DNA of 64,000 nt from Leucoraja erinacea. Its lineage: Eukaryota. Location of the stretch: the NCBI RefSeq assembly GCF_028641065.1, contig NC_073382.1, positions 23,312,001-23,376,000 of the forward strand, in the 5' to 3' direction. The first letter of the stretch is position 1. Each line of letters starts with the position of its first letter. Under the pieces are notes generated by a model. The model made no database searches and was not told the origin of the DNA. It saw nothing but the letters and a program-made list of their open reading frames with translations. Made by a program: the position numbers and the translations under genes. Shown piece after piece: positions 41,340 to 54,056 of the stretch.

Positions 41340-43010
41340 AAGCTCTGAGGTATGGAAAGTGGATTGTTTTTCAGTTTTGTCAATGACATTTCTTATTGTG
41401 GGTAGAGTTGTGTGATGGGGGCATGCTGGCAGATGTTAAGCATAAAGCCCATTCTCTGGTGTCTTTCAATGAACACTGGCTTCGAGCTTGGCTTTTAAAT
41501 GTGGCCACTCGCAAGATTATCTGCATTCTGTAGCTCTGTGATTAAAGTCAGGTTGACTAGTTCTGGGGTGGAGATGACATAGATCGAACAGTTTTCAACT
41601 TGTCCTGAGGACTTGCTCCACTCCAGCTGTGACCTTTGAATTGTAGCAAGAACAGTTGAAGTTGGGCAATGATGCAGTCTTGCTTGACACCACTTCTCCA
41701 CTGAGATCGTGTCTGTTGTGGAAGCAAGTCATCATGCCACATATGTAAGATGGTGATAAATTACTGCTGGAAGTCAACTTTGAGGAAGATGTCCTGGTTC
41801 CTCTCAAATGGTGGACAAATGGTGGCTTCTGTGAGGTCAGAAAAGGATATATATCACACATCAGCATCCTAATGTAGAGTCTTGACCCAAAACATCGCCC
41901 TTTCTGTTGTCTCTGCAAATATTGCCTGAGCTGCTGAGTTTATCCAGCAGCTTATTTTTGCACCAGATTTCAGCATCTACAATCTATTGTATCTTCACAT
42001 ATTTTGGAGCTGGAAATGTTTGGACTTCGAATAGCTTTGATGTTATGTTTTGGATAATAATCAGTTTTTGGACCTGCTGTCTCGCTTTACACAATCCTAA
42101 CCACAACCCCTCCGAACTGCTACAGACTTTGTACTACAATGGCTGCTCTACTTTGTTTTTGTGTTATTGAGATCTAGTTTACTTGGAATAACTGATAATG
42201 CACTACATATTTATTTTTGATATTGCATTTAAAGTGCCCTTGAAGCGGCAACATGGAAGAATTTCATTGTTCCCATTCATATCTAGTGCATCTAACAAAT
42301 TGTCTTTCTCGATCTGTTCTTTGGATTACTGGTTTTATATTGGACTCCAGCTTTTGGGGCCATGCAGAGCTTTTTCCTGTTCTACTGAGGTTTTGGAGTG
42401 ACTTCCAATTCAAGAATGTCTTGCACCTACCTTCTTGAACTTCTGGTGTTTGTTGCCAAGCACGGATATTTTCTGAGAAAGAAGCCAAGAGTCTCTTCGC
42501 AGATGCTTTGGAATAGCCCAGTTACTCATTGCTCCTGTTTGATGTGCGCGACACTCATTGCTGGACACTCATTGTTCCTGTTGGTTGTGCGCGAAGAGCC
42601 ATCTTTGTAGGTCTTTGGACACCCAACATTAATTTTCTTGCAGCATTATTTTCTTTGATGCCATGTCTGTTTTGAGCCAGGCTGCTACAGGCAGTGGTCA
42701 GTTTGTCAGGCATTGCCATCAGTAGAGGTGCAGGTGAGGAGGATGTTCTTGCAGTCCTTCAGTCAGATGGCGATGGAATCTGATGGGTGTTGGAGTGTGG
42801 ATCCGGGATATTGCCACGTCTTGTGTTTGTCTCTCTGGCACATCAGTGCTGGTCATGACAAGATGATAATTTCTCTTGGAGGAGATAGATTTTGTTGTAG
42901 TTAGCTTTCCCCACTCCTTGGTGACGAGAACTTGCCAGTAGATCGCTCCTCTTTTTACTCTGACATTGAAGTTGCCCAGAAGGATCAGTTTGCAACCTGT
43001 GACCAAAGAC
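41340..43010 (-). mobile_element. Old RTE-clade LINE remnants with nested repeats
   Basis: Degraded endonuclease motif KLILLGNFNVRV (42719-43006) and RT motif SGVKQDCIIA (41557-41742). Confidence 0.55.
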
Positions 43011-43329
43011 AGTGTTGTAAATATTTGGCTTGAAACATCAAAACCTTTGGAAATATGATACCTGGAACATTTTTGAACGGGTTTTATGATAATTGCATGC
43101 AGTAATTTTAAGAAAGCAATTCAGTGTCTCGTTCTGGCATTCCATCTATTGCTTCTGCAGAAAAGCTGTAGTCTTATGTGGCGTTTTAAAAATAACTTGC
43201 CAGTAAGCAAATAGTTGGAATAGTGCATTTATCTTTCAGTATTTGGTGTAGACTGTTGTTAATTCATGTCATTTTTCATAGTGATTAATGTTTGCAACAC
43301 CAGGGTCTTGTCCATGTCATTCTATGTTT

Positions 43330-44560
43330 CAACATAGAGCAGTACGGCACAAGAACAGGCCTTTCAGCCCACAATGTCTGTGCCAAACATGACGCCAAGA
43401 TTGTCTGTTACAAAATTGATAAGTCATGGGAGCAGAATTAGGCCCACAGAGTCTATTCCGCAATTCAATCGCGGCTGATCTATCTGTCCCTCTCAACCCC
43501 ATTAACAGAAACATAGAAAATAGGTGCAGGAGTAGGCCATTCGGCCCTTCGAACCACCACTTAATATGATCATGGCTGATTATCCAAAATCACTACCTCG
43601 ATCCGGCTTTTTCCCCATATCAGTGATTCCCTTAGCCCTAAGAGCCAAATCTAACTCTCATGACTTCTCCCGATAATCTATGTTACCCGTACTAATCAGG
43701 AATCTGTCAATCTCTGCCTTAATACCCAATGACTTGATTTCCACAGTCATCTGTGGCAATTAATTCCACTCGTCATCCCCTGACTAAGATTCCTCCCCAT
43801 CTCCACTCTAAAGGTATGTCCTTTTATTCAGAGGCTGTGCCCTTTGGTTTTAGACTCACCCACTAGTGGAAATATACTTGCGCATAATCCATATCCCTCC
43901 ATTCCCTGCATATCCCATATGCCTATCCAAAGTCTCTTAAATGTGCCATCGTATTTGCCTCAACCACCACTCCTGGTAGCGCATTCCAGGCACTGTGTAT
44001 AAAAGCTGCCCCGCACCTCTCAAACTTTGCCCCTCTTCCCTTAATACTATGCCCTCGAGTATTTGTATTTTTCCATCCTGGCTACTCTATCTATGCCTCT
44101 CATAATTTTATATACTTCATTCAGGTCTCATTGCAACCTCTGGCATTCCAGAGAAAACAATTTAAGTCTGTCCTACCTCTCCCTGTAGCTAATGCCCCGT
44201 AATCCAGGCATCATTCTGGTAAACCTCCTCCGCATCCTTTCCAAAGCCTCTACATCCTGCCTGTAATGGGACGAGCACAACTTCACAATAGTCAAAATGT
44301 GTCCTCTTAATCTGCATCATAACTTCCTGACTCTTATACTCTGACCTATGAAAATAAGCATACTGTATGCTGCCATTACCGCTCTTTCTACTTGTATTAC
44401 TACTTTTAGGGAGTTATGGACTTGGACCCCAGCTCTGTGCCTCAATGCTGTTAAGGATCATATGATTAATTGTATGCTTCCCCATGCATTTGACTTCCAA
44501 AGCGCAATACCTTACACTTGCTCAGATTAAACTCCATTCTGCCATTTCTTTGCCCATGTA
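43330..44560 (-). mobile_element. Degraded, nested CR1 fragments
   Basis: Several copies of the CR1 3' tail and RT C-terminal nucleotide motifs shared with 31600-32693. Confidence 0.7.
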
Positions 44561-45679
44561 GAGTTAAAAGACAAATCTGTAATTTTCCCCTGTGCTGACC
44601 AAAGCTCTCTGGATGTCTGGTAAACCTATTCCATAAGTGTGCATTTTAAAATTGCCCTGGAAACCTGTCTCACTGCAAGGCATAGGCAGCTAGCCTATTT
44701 CAATTTTGTCATGTTTTTACTGCAGAAGGTGCCAATGAGAAGCTAATAAACTTATTTCCCTTTCATCGTGGGACCAGGAGAAACAAAAAAAACCCTCGGG
44801 AAATACAAGACTGAGCAAAATTAGAATAGTAATACTTTACACAACTCAATAGCACAACAAAATCATTGAAAATAAGGCGATGCAAATTACTACAAAGATT
44901 ATCTGTTGTATATAAATTCGAATCTTCAAACCTGCAATTTAATTAACATGAGCAATTCATTTTTAAACGCACAATTGCATGAGCAATCGTGATTTTTTTT
45001 TGTTGTTGAAACTACTCCAGGCAGCATCTGTAAAGGGAAATGGACAAGTGGCAATTCGGGTGGGAATCGTGGCATTTAAAAAACAATTGGATTTTCAATT
45101 TAAAATATTTTGGCCCATTTTTAATGGTAGTCTTTAAAAACAATTATAATTGGTTTAAAATCCTTTCATAGCCTTTGGCAGCCATTGTGGTGTTAAAAGG
45201 CATGTCGGTGTGCTTGTCAGGCCTCTGGATCCATTAAATGTGGCCGACTCTCAGTCTTCCTCAAGATTGCCGAGCCTGTTTGGTTGATCCCTGTGTCTGA
45301 AGGAAGTTGGGTCAGAATTGAAGACATTCCTTTACATTCCAGACTTGCTCCAGGGATGTCAGGCCTGTCATATAAGGATGTGGCCCTTGTGGCTAAAGGG
45401 ATCAAGGGGTATGGAGAGAAGGCAGATGTGGGATACTGAGTTGGATGATCAGCCATGATCATATTGAATGGCGGTGCATGCTCCAAGGGCCGAATGGCCT
45501 ACTCCTGTACCTATTTTCTATGTTTCTATGAAAGATTGACCAGTTAGCTCTCCATCCCTTAGAGTTTAAATAGAATGAGAGGTGACCTTATTTTACCATT
45601 CAAAATTCTTACAGGGTTCACAAAAGTAGATAGGGGAAGGATATTTCTCCTGGCTGAAGTTTCTGACAATAGGGTTAAC

Positions 45680-46220
45680 ACCCAAAAATAAAAGGAAAGG
45701 GAAATCCCATGCAAGAACACTGTCCTCCTCCATTTTCCCCCGTGGTCGGGACCTCCACCCTCCACAGCCATTGCTGCGGGCGTCCAGATGGTAAGGGACA
45801 AAGTCAAAGTCAAGGTGAGTCCAGGATCGGCTCTTCCCAACCAGAGACCGCGGCTTCAGGCTGGTGTAGGCCGCAGGCCGGCGGTCAAAGTTTTAAAGTA
45901 CCTGCGGTGCCGCAGCCAGAAGCACCGCAGTCTGCAGGGCCGGCGGTCGAAGCTCCCCTCCAGGGGAGATTGTAAGTCCATACCGCGCCCGCGGTAGAAG
46001 ACGGCCGCGGGCCGGCGGTGGAAGCTTCTTCTTCCCCCCGGGTCTCTCCATGGAGGAGGCGGTCGAAACGGTTTCCCACTCAACCCCCCACACCACCCCC
46101 CACACATAACACACAAGGAAACATTAAAAACAGACTTGTAAACATACTAAAAAAAAAAAAAAAGTTGGGGAAAAACGGACACACTGCCGACGGGCTGCCG
46201 CCAGTGCAGCGCCCCCTACT
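45680..46220 (-). mobile_element. Unclassified GC-rich interspersed repeat
   Basis: Isolated intronic CpG-rich block. Layout resembles 32785-33442 (GGCAGCC...CAGT start, T-run, GTGTG/G-run, GC-rich body). No credible protein. Confidence 0.45.
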
Positions 46221-49200
46221 ATGTAGTACTGTAGTAATTTGTTGATTTTGATGAATTCAATGGTTCAATGACTTTCATTGATTTTGATGAATTCACCTGG
46301 GTAAAGGATTAGCCTTCTAATTCCACTATAATTTCATCATTTTGACTTGAATCATGTAGTTGTCACACGTGGAGACTGTTATCTATTTGGGATGATATGG
46401 AGTAACTCCATGGTTTACTGATTATTCATGTGAGATAACAAAGTTCTTGGTACCATATCCTGTCAAATGTTGGCTCTTTTTTTTTAATCATTAGTGTACT
46501 TGCACAATAATATGGGTAATTCTGGATCCCTGGAAAATATTAAACAATTTATAGTTATATAAGTGAGGGGATTGCTGATTATCAACAAAAACAACGATTG
46601 CCACGTGGTTAGTGGAAGTTATATCCCTCTGAATGTTTTGCCCGCCACTTGAGCACACAATGACACAGAGGTAGAGTTGCTGCCTTAACGCATCACAGAC
46701 CCTTTGTCAGAGCATTGTGTTCTCAGTGTAAAGTATAGGTCGAAGGTGAAGTGAACTGTGAAGACGTGCCTCAGTTGGTTCCAAATTTGTTGCAATGCCC
46801 CTGTGTAATTTGAACTGGACTGCCCTCAAATGTAATATTTCTTTGCCTGGGATACAATGATAAAACACGTCATGTTTTAACAAATTAAAAAAAGTTCATG
46901 CTACGTGCTGTGGAGTGATGCCAAAAATGCAAGTCTTGAATTGAAAAGCTAAAAGCAGATTTTTTTTCAAATCTGAAATTAAAAAAACAAAACAAAGAGC
47001 ATGACATACTCAATGGGTTGGCAGCAAATGTGGAGAGAAAATCTATGATCTTTCGTTAGAATTAAATAGAATTTAATTAATAAAATGTTAATGGAATACT
47101 CAAGATGGGGTAGACATGGATTCAGCCTGAAGTTTTTCATTTAAAATGGGTATCCACCTCATTTGGTTGACAAAACTAGTTAAATATAGTTGTGCTATAT
47201 AATGTAGTAAAAAGAAAATAAATACTTGCATTTATGTGGTAGCCAGTGAATTACTTTGAGATGTAGTTTTTTCTCTTGGCAGTGAGACTTCCACACTTTT
47301 GAAACTAGTTATTTTTGGATATTTTGGATATATAGAATGAACTGTCAGAAGAGGTATTTGAGGCGGATATGATAACAACATTTGAAATACATTAAGGCAG
47401 GTTCAGGTTGGTGTTTATTGTCACTTAACCAATTAAGGTACAGTGAAATTTGAATTTGGACAGGAAAGGTTTAGAGTGATATGGGCCAAACAGGGAAGGT
47501 GGGGCTAGTATAGATAGGCCACTGTGGCCGGCATGTGCAAGGGGGCCATGGGCCTGTTTCCGTGCTCCATGACTCTGAGTCACTATGTGTGGGTTAATGA
47601 CAGATTAAAAGTCTCCACTGTAAAGTTTGCCTAGCCCTGCCCAACTTAACCGCTGAAACAAGAAACACCAGGAGAACATTGGACTACCAGTGTTTTCTCA
47701 AATAAAATCCAGATCTTCAATGTTCAATCCATTGGTATTCAAAGGAATGCTAACTCCAAAAGAACTGCTGATAATGAACTTTACAGAATGCTACAACATG
47801 TTTTCATGAATACATGTACCCAAGCCCAATTAGATATTTAAAACTATTTTGCATGTACAGCAACAACACTGGGAATAAAACTAATTTGGTTATGTTTGCT
47901 GTATAGCCTTTTATTCATGTTTTTGGATTTGCAAATCATCTTAATAAAAGCATTTATAGCACTATTTTTGTTTTGCATTTCCACAAGAATGGCCAGTAAT
48001 ATTTTGTTGTTGTAGAGTTGATTTAAATGAGTATTCATTTAACTATTAATGAAAAAATTGTGAACCAGAACTAATATAATTTTTTTGCCATAAATGTTGA
48101 GTAGATTGCAATCTGAATTAGTTTTCCATCAAGGATAGTTGTGGTGGATTAGCTGCCTGCACCAAAGCTTCACACCGTTGGATTTAGCCAGGAGCACGTG
48201 TACTTCTATGCTAATTTATTTGAGGATTTTGTAATCACAATGTTAAAACTGGTGTTTCCAACAGATGTAATTGTCTTAACAAATGATGTGGTCAGACTTT
48301 CTCTGCTTGCATTGTTGGTGGTGCCTTAACAATTTAAGACTCATCTTCCATTGATCCTGGAATTGTTGGATTATTATCCTTGGATTATGATATTGCTTTC
48401 ACTGTGATTCCTTGTGCAACTTTCTACTGGGAGCACAGGCCCCAGCACATTGGAGCTTATTGCAGTGCTTGACAGTGCAAAGACTGTGCATCTTAAAGAT
48501 CCATTGCGCACACACAGTTGATTTAGTAGTGATACATTTGATCCCAGATGCCTATACCTGATCCATGGCTCCTCCTTTTATCTGAACCGAGCCTCAATTT
48601 CTCTCATCTTCCAGGGTTCCTTACTTCTACCTGTCTTGCTCTTCACTTTAACATGCATACCTTAGCTTCATTATTGCCCTTTTAAAATCATCCCACTTTC
48701 TGGATGTTCCTTTGGTCACCAACAACCTACTTCAATTAACTTTTGCAAGTTTGTGTCTAACACCTTCAAAGTACAATTCAGAACTTTAACTTGTGGACTT
48801 CCCTTATGCTTATCCCTAACTATTGTAAAGCTAATGGAACTGGTTGCTCTTCCCAAAAGGCTTACATACTGACACTTCAGTCACTTATTCTGCCTATTTC
48901 CCTAAAAGTAGGTCAAACTTTGTCCTCTTCTTTGTAAGGCCCTCTACATAATGCCTGAGGAAACATTTTTTGAACACATTTGACAAATTCCACCCCATCT
49001 AAGCCCTTGGTCTCAGTTTATAGTGGGAAAATGAAAATCACTCTACCATGGCAAGCCTAATGTTGCCCGCAGTCTCTTGGCACATTTGTTCTTCTATTTC
49101 CCATTTAACTATTTCTTCTGTTGACCATTTAAGGTCCTGTAGTGCAATCACCACAGAGTGATCATCCCCTTTTTTTTAAATTTCTCAGCTCTGTTGTATA

Positions 49201-51774
49201 TCGTGGTTTTACCATGTGCATTGTGTTTTTTTTTCCATGTGCGAGCAAAGCACCAAATCAAATTCCTTGTATGTATACATACTTGGCTAATACATTTATT
49301 CTGACTTCGCCTCACTGGATAATCCTTCTGTAATGTCAACTCCGACTACTGCTGTGATATTCTCCTTAATAAATCAACTCTACCTTCACATTTTTATCAC
49401 CTATACCCTGAATTTTTAAGCTGTCTCCTGTCCTTGGCCTGTTGTCTGTAATGGCTGTATCGTCCTATTCATTCAAACTCATTCCTTTGTCCCTTCAGTA
49501 GAAGCTATATTCAAAGAAGGCCCTTTTACATCTAAAATATCATGTACTAATAACTATTGCTGAATCCATCAGGAAGGACAAGGCCGTAAGAGGGTACCAG
49601 TCAGTGCATGTACTCAGAACCCTGTACATTGATGATGTTGCCACCTTCTGCTTGGATACATAGTCAGTCCACAGATTGATTGAGCAGTTTGAGATGCATC
49701 GGGAGTGTGTAAATGTATGAAGAGGGAGGCCAAGCTCTCCGGTAAATGGCCCAATCGATCCTCTATCCCTTTCACTATCAAGTCTGATTACCTTAAGTAG
49801 CTGGGGGTCTGTTTCAGGAGGACTGAGTTATACAACAATTGGGTTGAGTGGATTGCAAGGGGGCCAAATAAAGTGTGGGACTTGGGAAGCAGCACCGTCT
49901 TGATAATGGGAAATAAAACTTGGTCATCAGGGAACTGACCGGTACATGCTACTGAAGCTTGGTATGGCCAGCACGAAGGCTGTCTGGGCCACAGTCTAGG
50001 GTCCTTGAGGGTTGTGCTTGATGGGATACTCCTCAAACAAGGAAAGGGACATCACACCGAGGAGAGGAGGGAGGGGAGGGGAGGGGGGGGGGGGGCAGAA
50101 AAGGGGCATGGTATGATATATAAAGTAAAAGGAAAGCACTAACAATTCTGGGTATAACATTAACAATGTTGAATGTATGGACACACTATAAAGAGTTCTG
50201 CATGTTTTTTTGTTTTGTGTATTTTTATTACGAATACATTTTTTTAAATAATTAATTTCCGTGTATATTATAAGTAAAATATATTTTGAAATGAAAGATT
50301 AAAAAAAATCTGCATGTAAATTAGAACATTAAAGTCCACAGTTGTATTCCAAGCCACATCACTCAACATGCATGATGTTAGCATTATTTCAGTTTTTCTT
50401 TTGATATTTCAAAAATGTATGTTGATCAAAATATAAGCTGTGTGTTTCCATCTGGCGCATTAAACGAGAAAATGTTGAATTGTTGATGCACATAATTCCC
50501 TGCATTAATCATATCAATTATATTTATTGTATCGAGAGTCAGGAGTGTTTAATTTCCATATGCATCAAGAGCAGGACAATGAAACTTGCTGCAGCTTTGC
50601 AGGCACATATTAAACACAATACACTAAATAAATATACAACAAATTATCACTTATTCTAGGTAAACCAGACAATAATAATGCAAGCCAAAGTACATAGTGT
50701 AACCTTAGTGATGAAAAGTTCATAGTAGTTGAGTGCTGAGGTCAAGTTGTGGTTAAGATTGTGCAGGATGGATAAAAAAAACCAATAGTTGATGGGAAGA
50801 AGTTGTTCTTGAACCTGGAGGTAACAGTTCTCGGGTTCCCGTACCAATGGTAGCAGTGAGAGGAGTGCATGACCAGGGTGATGTGGGTCTTTAATATTAG
50901 CTGGCTTCTGTAGATATAATAATTTTAGTCAAAAAGGAAAACTGATGTAATGCTAACATCATATGGCTTGTAATAAAATTGTGGAATCTTCTGTATTGTA
51001 CATTTTTAATTTTTATAAATGGAGCCATCTGTTCTTTAACGTTTTGAAGCTTTTGTTGATTTAACTTTGCCAACTTGGTAAAGTACCTTCTAATGTGTTT
51101 CTGTGGCAGGATCCTTTAAATGGCTGGATGGAATGAAGGGCCAAGCATGTGATGACCTGAAGATAGACACAAAAAGCTGGAGTAACTCAGCAGAACGGCG
51201 GTCTCGACTCGAAACGTCACCCATTCCTTCTCTCTAGTGATGCTGCCTGTCCTACTGAGTTATTCCAGGTTTTTGTGGCTGTATTCGGATTAAACCAGCA
51301 TCTGCAGTTCCTTCCTACACATGTGTTAAACTGTGCTGTGTTCACCACTTTCTGCAGATTCAGGTGTTCAATTACCGTACCAGGCTGAGATGCATTTCAT
51401 CGGAATGCTTTCTATAGTGCAAGTGTAGAGGTTTTTGAGAATCCTTATGAACATGCCAGATGGACCCAGGTGGAGCTTTGTGTTGTCTATTCAAAATGGT
51501 TGTAAATGGCATTTGATTCATCTGGTCGACAGGTGGTGTTGATAGACATTGCTCCCGATTTTGTATTCTACTGTGATGGCATTTGGCACCTGCCATAGTT
51601 ACCTAGCATCTACTCTATTGAATTGCTCCTCCCACTTGCCCTTGGGTTCTCTGTTGACACCTGTCCTAACTTTGCACAGATCACACTTGGCCTTACAGTA
51701 TAGGATCTGGACTTTAGTAGAGAGTGAATCACTCTGTTCATCCAAGGTTTGTGGTTAGGATAGATCCTAATTAT

Positions 51775-51995
51775 TTTTGTTTAAGAAGGAACAGCAGATG
51801 CTGGAAAATCAAAGGTAGACAAAAATGCTGTAGAAGCTCAGTGGGTGAGGCAGCATCTATGGAGCGAAGGAAATAGGCAACGTTTCGGGTCGAAACCCGA
51901 GTCTGAAGAAGGGTTTTGACCTGAAACATTGCCTATTTCCTTCGCTCCATAGATGCTGCCTCACCCGCTGAGTTTCTCCAGCATTTTTGTCTACC
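51775..51995. mobile_element. Mini Penelope-terminal-repeat hairpin insertion with 15-bp TSD
   Basis: ATAGATCCTAATTAT at 51760-51774 and 51996-52010. Inverted arms of about 85 bp. Confidence 0.85.
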
Positions 51996-52278
51996 ATAGA
52001 TCCTAATTATCATTTATTTGGAATACAGCTGTCAGTGCATTTCTTGATAAAGCCAGTGATGACTGAGTGATATACTCATTCAGGCTTCACTTGTTTTTGT
52101 GAAGTCTTTCAATGTGCTCATTGACCACTGAATCTGCATTACATCAAAGACTTCAGAAGTAATTATTGGGTTGAATAAAGCTCTGGAATGCTCTGAATTC
52201 ATAACGAGCTGCAATATAAATGCAAGCCTTTGGTAATATTGTGCTTTATTGTAAGGTAACTTTACCTTACAATTGAAC

Positions 52279-52760
52279 TAGTGTCCTCCATAATGTTTGG
52301 GACAAAGACCCATCATTTATTTATTTGCCTCTGTACTCCACAATTTGAGATTTGCAACAGAAAAAAATTGTATGTGGTTAAGTGCACATTGTCAGATTTT
52401 ATTAAAGCTTATTTTTATACATTTTGGTTTCACCCTGTAGAAATTACAGTTGTATTTATACATAGTCCCCTCATTTCAGGGCACCATAATGTTTGGGACA
52501 CATGGCTTCACAGGCGTTTGTAATTGCTTAAGTGTGTTTAAATGCTTCCTTAATGCAGGCATACGAGAGCTCTCAGCACCTAGTTTTTCATCCAGTCTTT
52601 CTATTACCTTTGGAAACTTTTATTGCTGTTTATCAACATGAGGACCAAAGTTGTGCCAATGAAAGTCAAAGAAGTCATTATGAGACTGAGAAACAAGAAT
52701 AAAACTGTTAGAGACATTAGCCAAACCTTAGGCTTACCAAAATTAACTGTTTGGAACTTT
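52279..52760 (+). mobile_element. Tc1-family DNA transposon left end (IR/DR type) with transposase start
   Basis: Direct repeat CCATAATGTTTGGGACA at 52288 and 52484. ATG 52638 gives MRTKVVPMKVKEVIMRLRNKNKTVRDISQTLGLPKLTVWN (Tc1 paired-like HTH), then truncated. Confidence 0.8.
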
Positions 52761-53822
52761 TTTTTACATCCAAGTTAGTAGTGTAAATTATGCCAAGCTG
52801 GTGGCTAAGTATGTGTGAGATTCTATTGGTAATTGGTTTGCCAACTGAAAATGATAATTTATTCCTACTGTATCCTATCCTGTAACCATTCCCATATCCA
52901 TCTCAAAATATTACCCATAACTGGGTCCTTGCTTTATATGAAAACCTGCATATTCACCCTTAACCAAAGCCTTTTGAAAATCCAGATATTGGATCTGCTT
53001 GGTCCCATAATACATCTGCAAAAAAACAATAAATATGTCAGAAGTGATTTCCCCTTCATAAAGCTTTATTTCATCTGCATAATGTTATGATTTTTCAAAT
53101 GCTGTGTTACCGCATCCTTAATAGATCAGAGTGAAGTTGAGGGTGTGGCAGACAAATGGAGGTGGGGCTATGATTCAATCACCCAGGATCATCTTGATAC
53201 TGGAGCAGACTGGAAATGTTTAAAGGGGTAGGAATGTACTGCGGATGTTGTTTTGTACCGAAGTTAGACACAAAATGCTGGAGTAACTCGGCGGAACAGG
53301 CAGCATCTCTGGATAGAAGAAATGGGTGACGTTTCAGGTCGAGACCCTTCATCAGAGTCTGAAGAAGGATCCCACCCCAAACATCGCCCCTTCCTTCTAT
53401 CCAGAGAGCCTGTCGCGCTGAATTACTCCAGCATTTTGTCTATCTTTGGAAGTGTTTCAAGGCTGGCTATTGCATAGAAACATATGTTACAGTCTGCATA
53501 TGAATATAATGAACCGTTCTTTGCTCAACAGTGGTACCACCTTGGCTTCCATCACTTGTAAATGCATTGGATTTAATCTCCATTATTTTGGGCATTGGTT
53601 TTCAGAGTCAAGAATGTTATGACCTTATGTCCTGAAATGGGGCAATGAAATTCTTACTTGATTTGATCCACGTGCATTTAATTAAGAAAAATAAAGGGAT
53701 CCGTCCTGGAAATTTTGAGGGAATAAACAAATTGCTGAAGTCCAGTGGGTTGAGCAGCATCAGTCGAGGGGGAATGTAATTGTAGCTATTTTGGGTTGGG
53801 ACCCTGCCTGTGGACTGACTGA

Positions 53823-54056
<234 letters not shown>

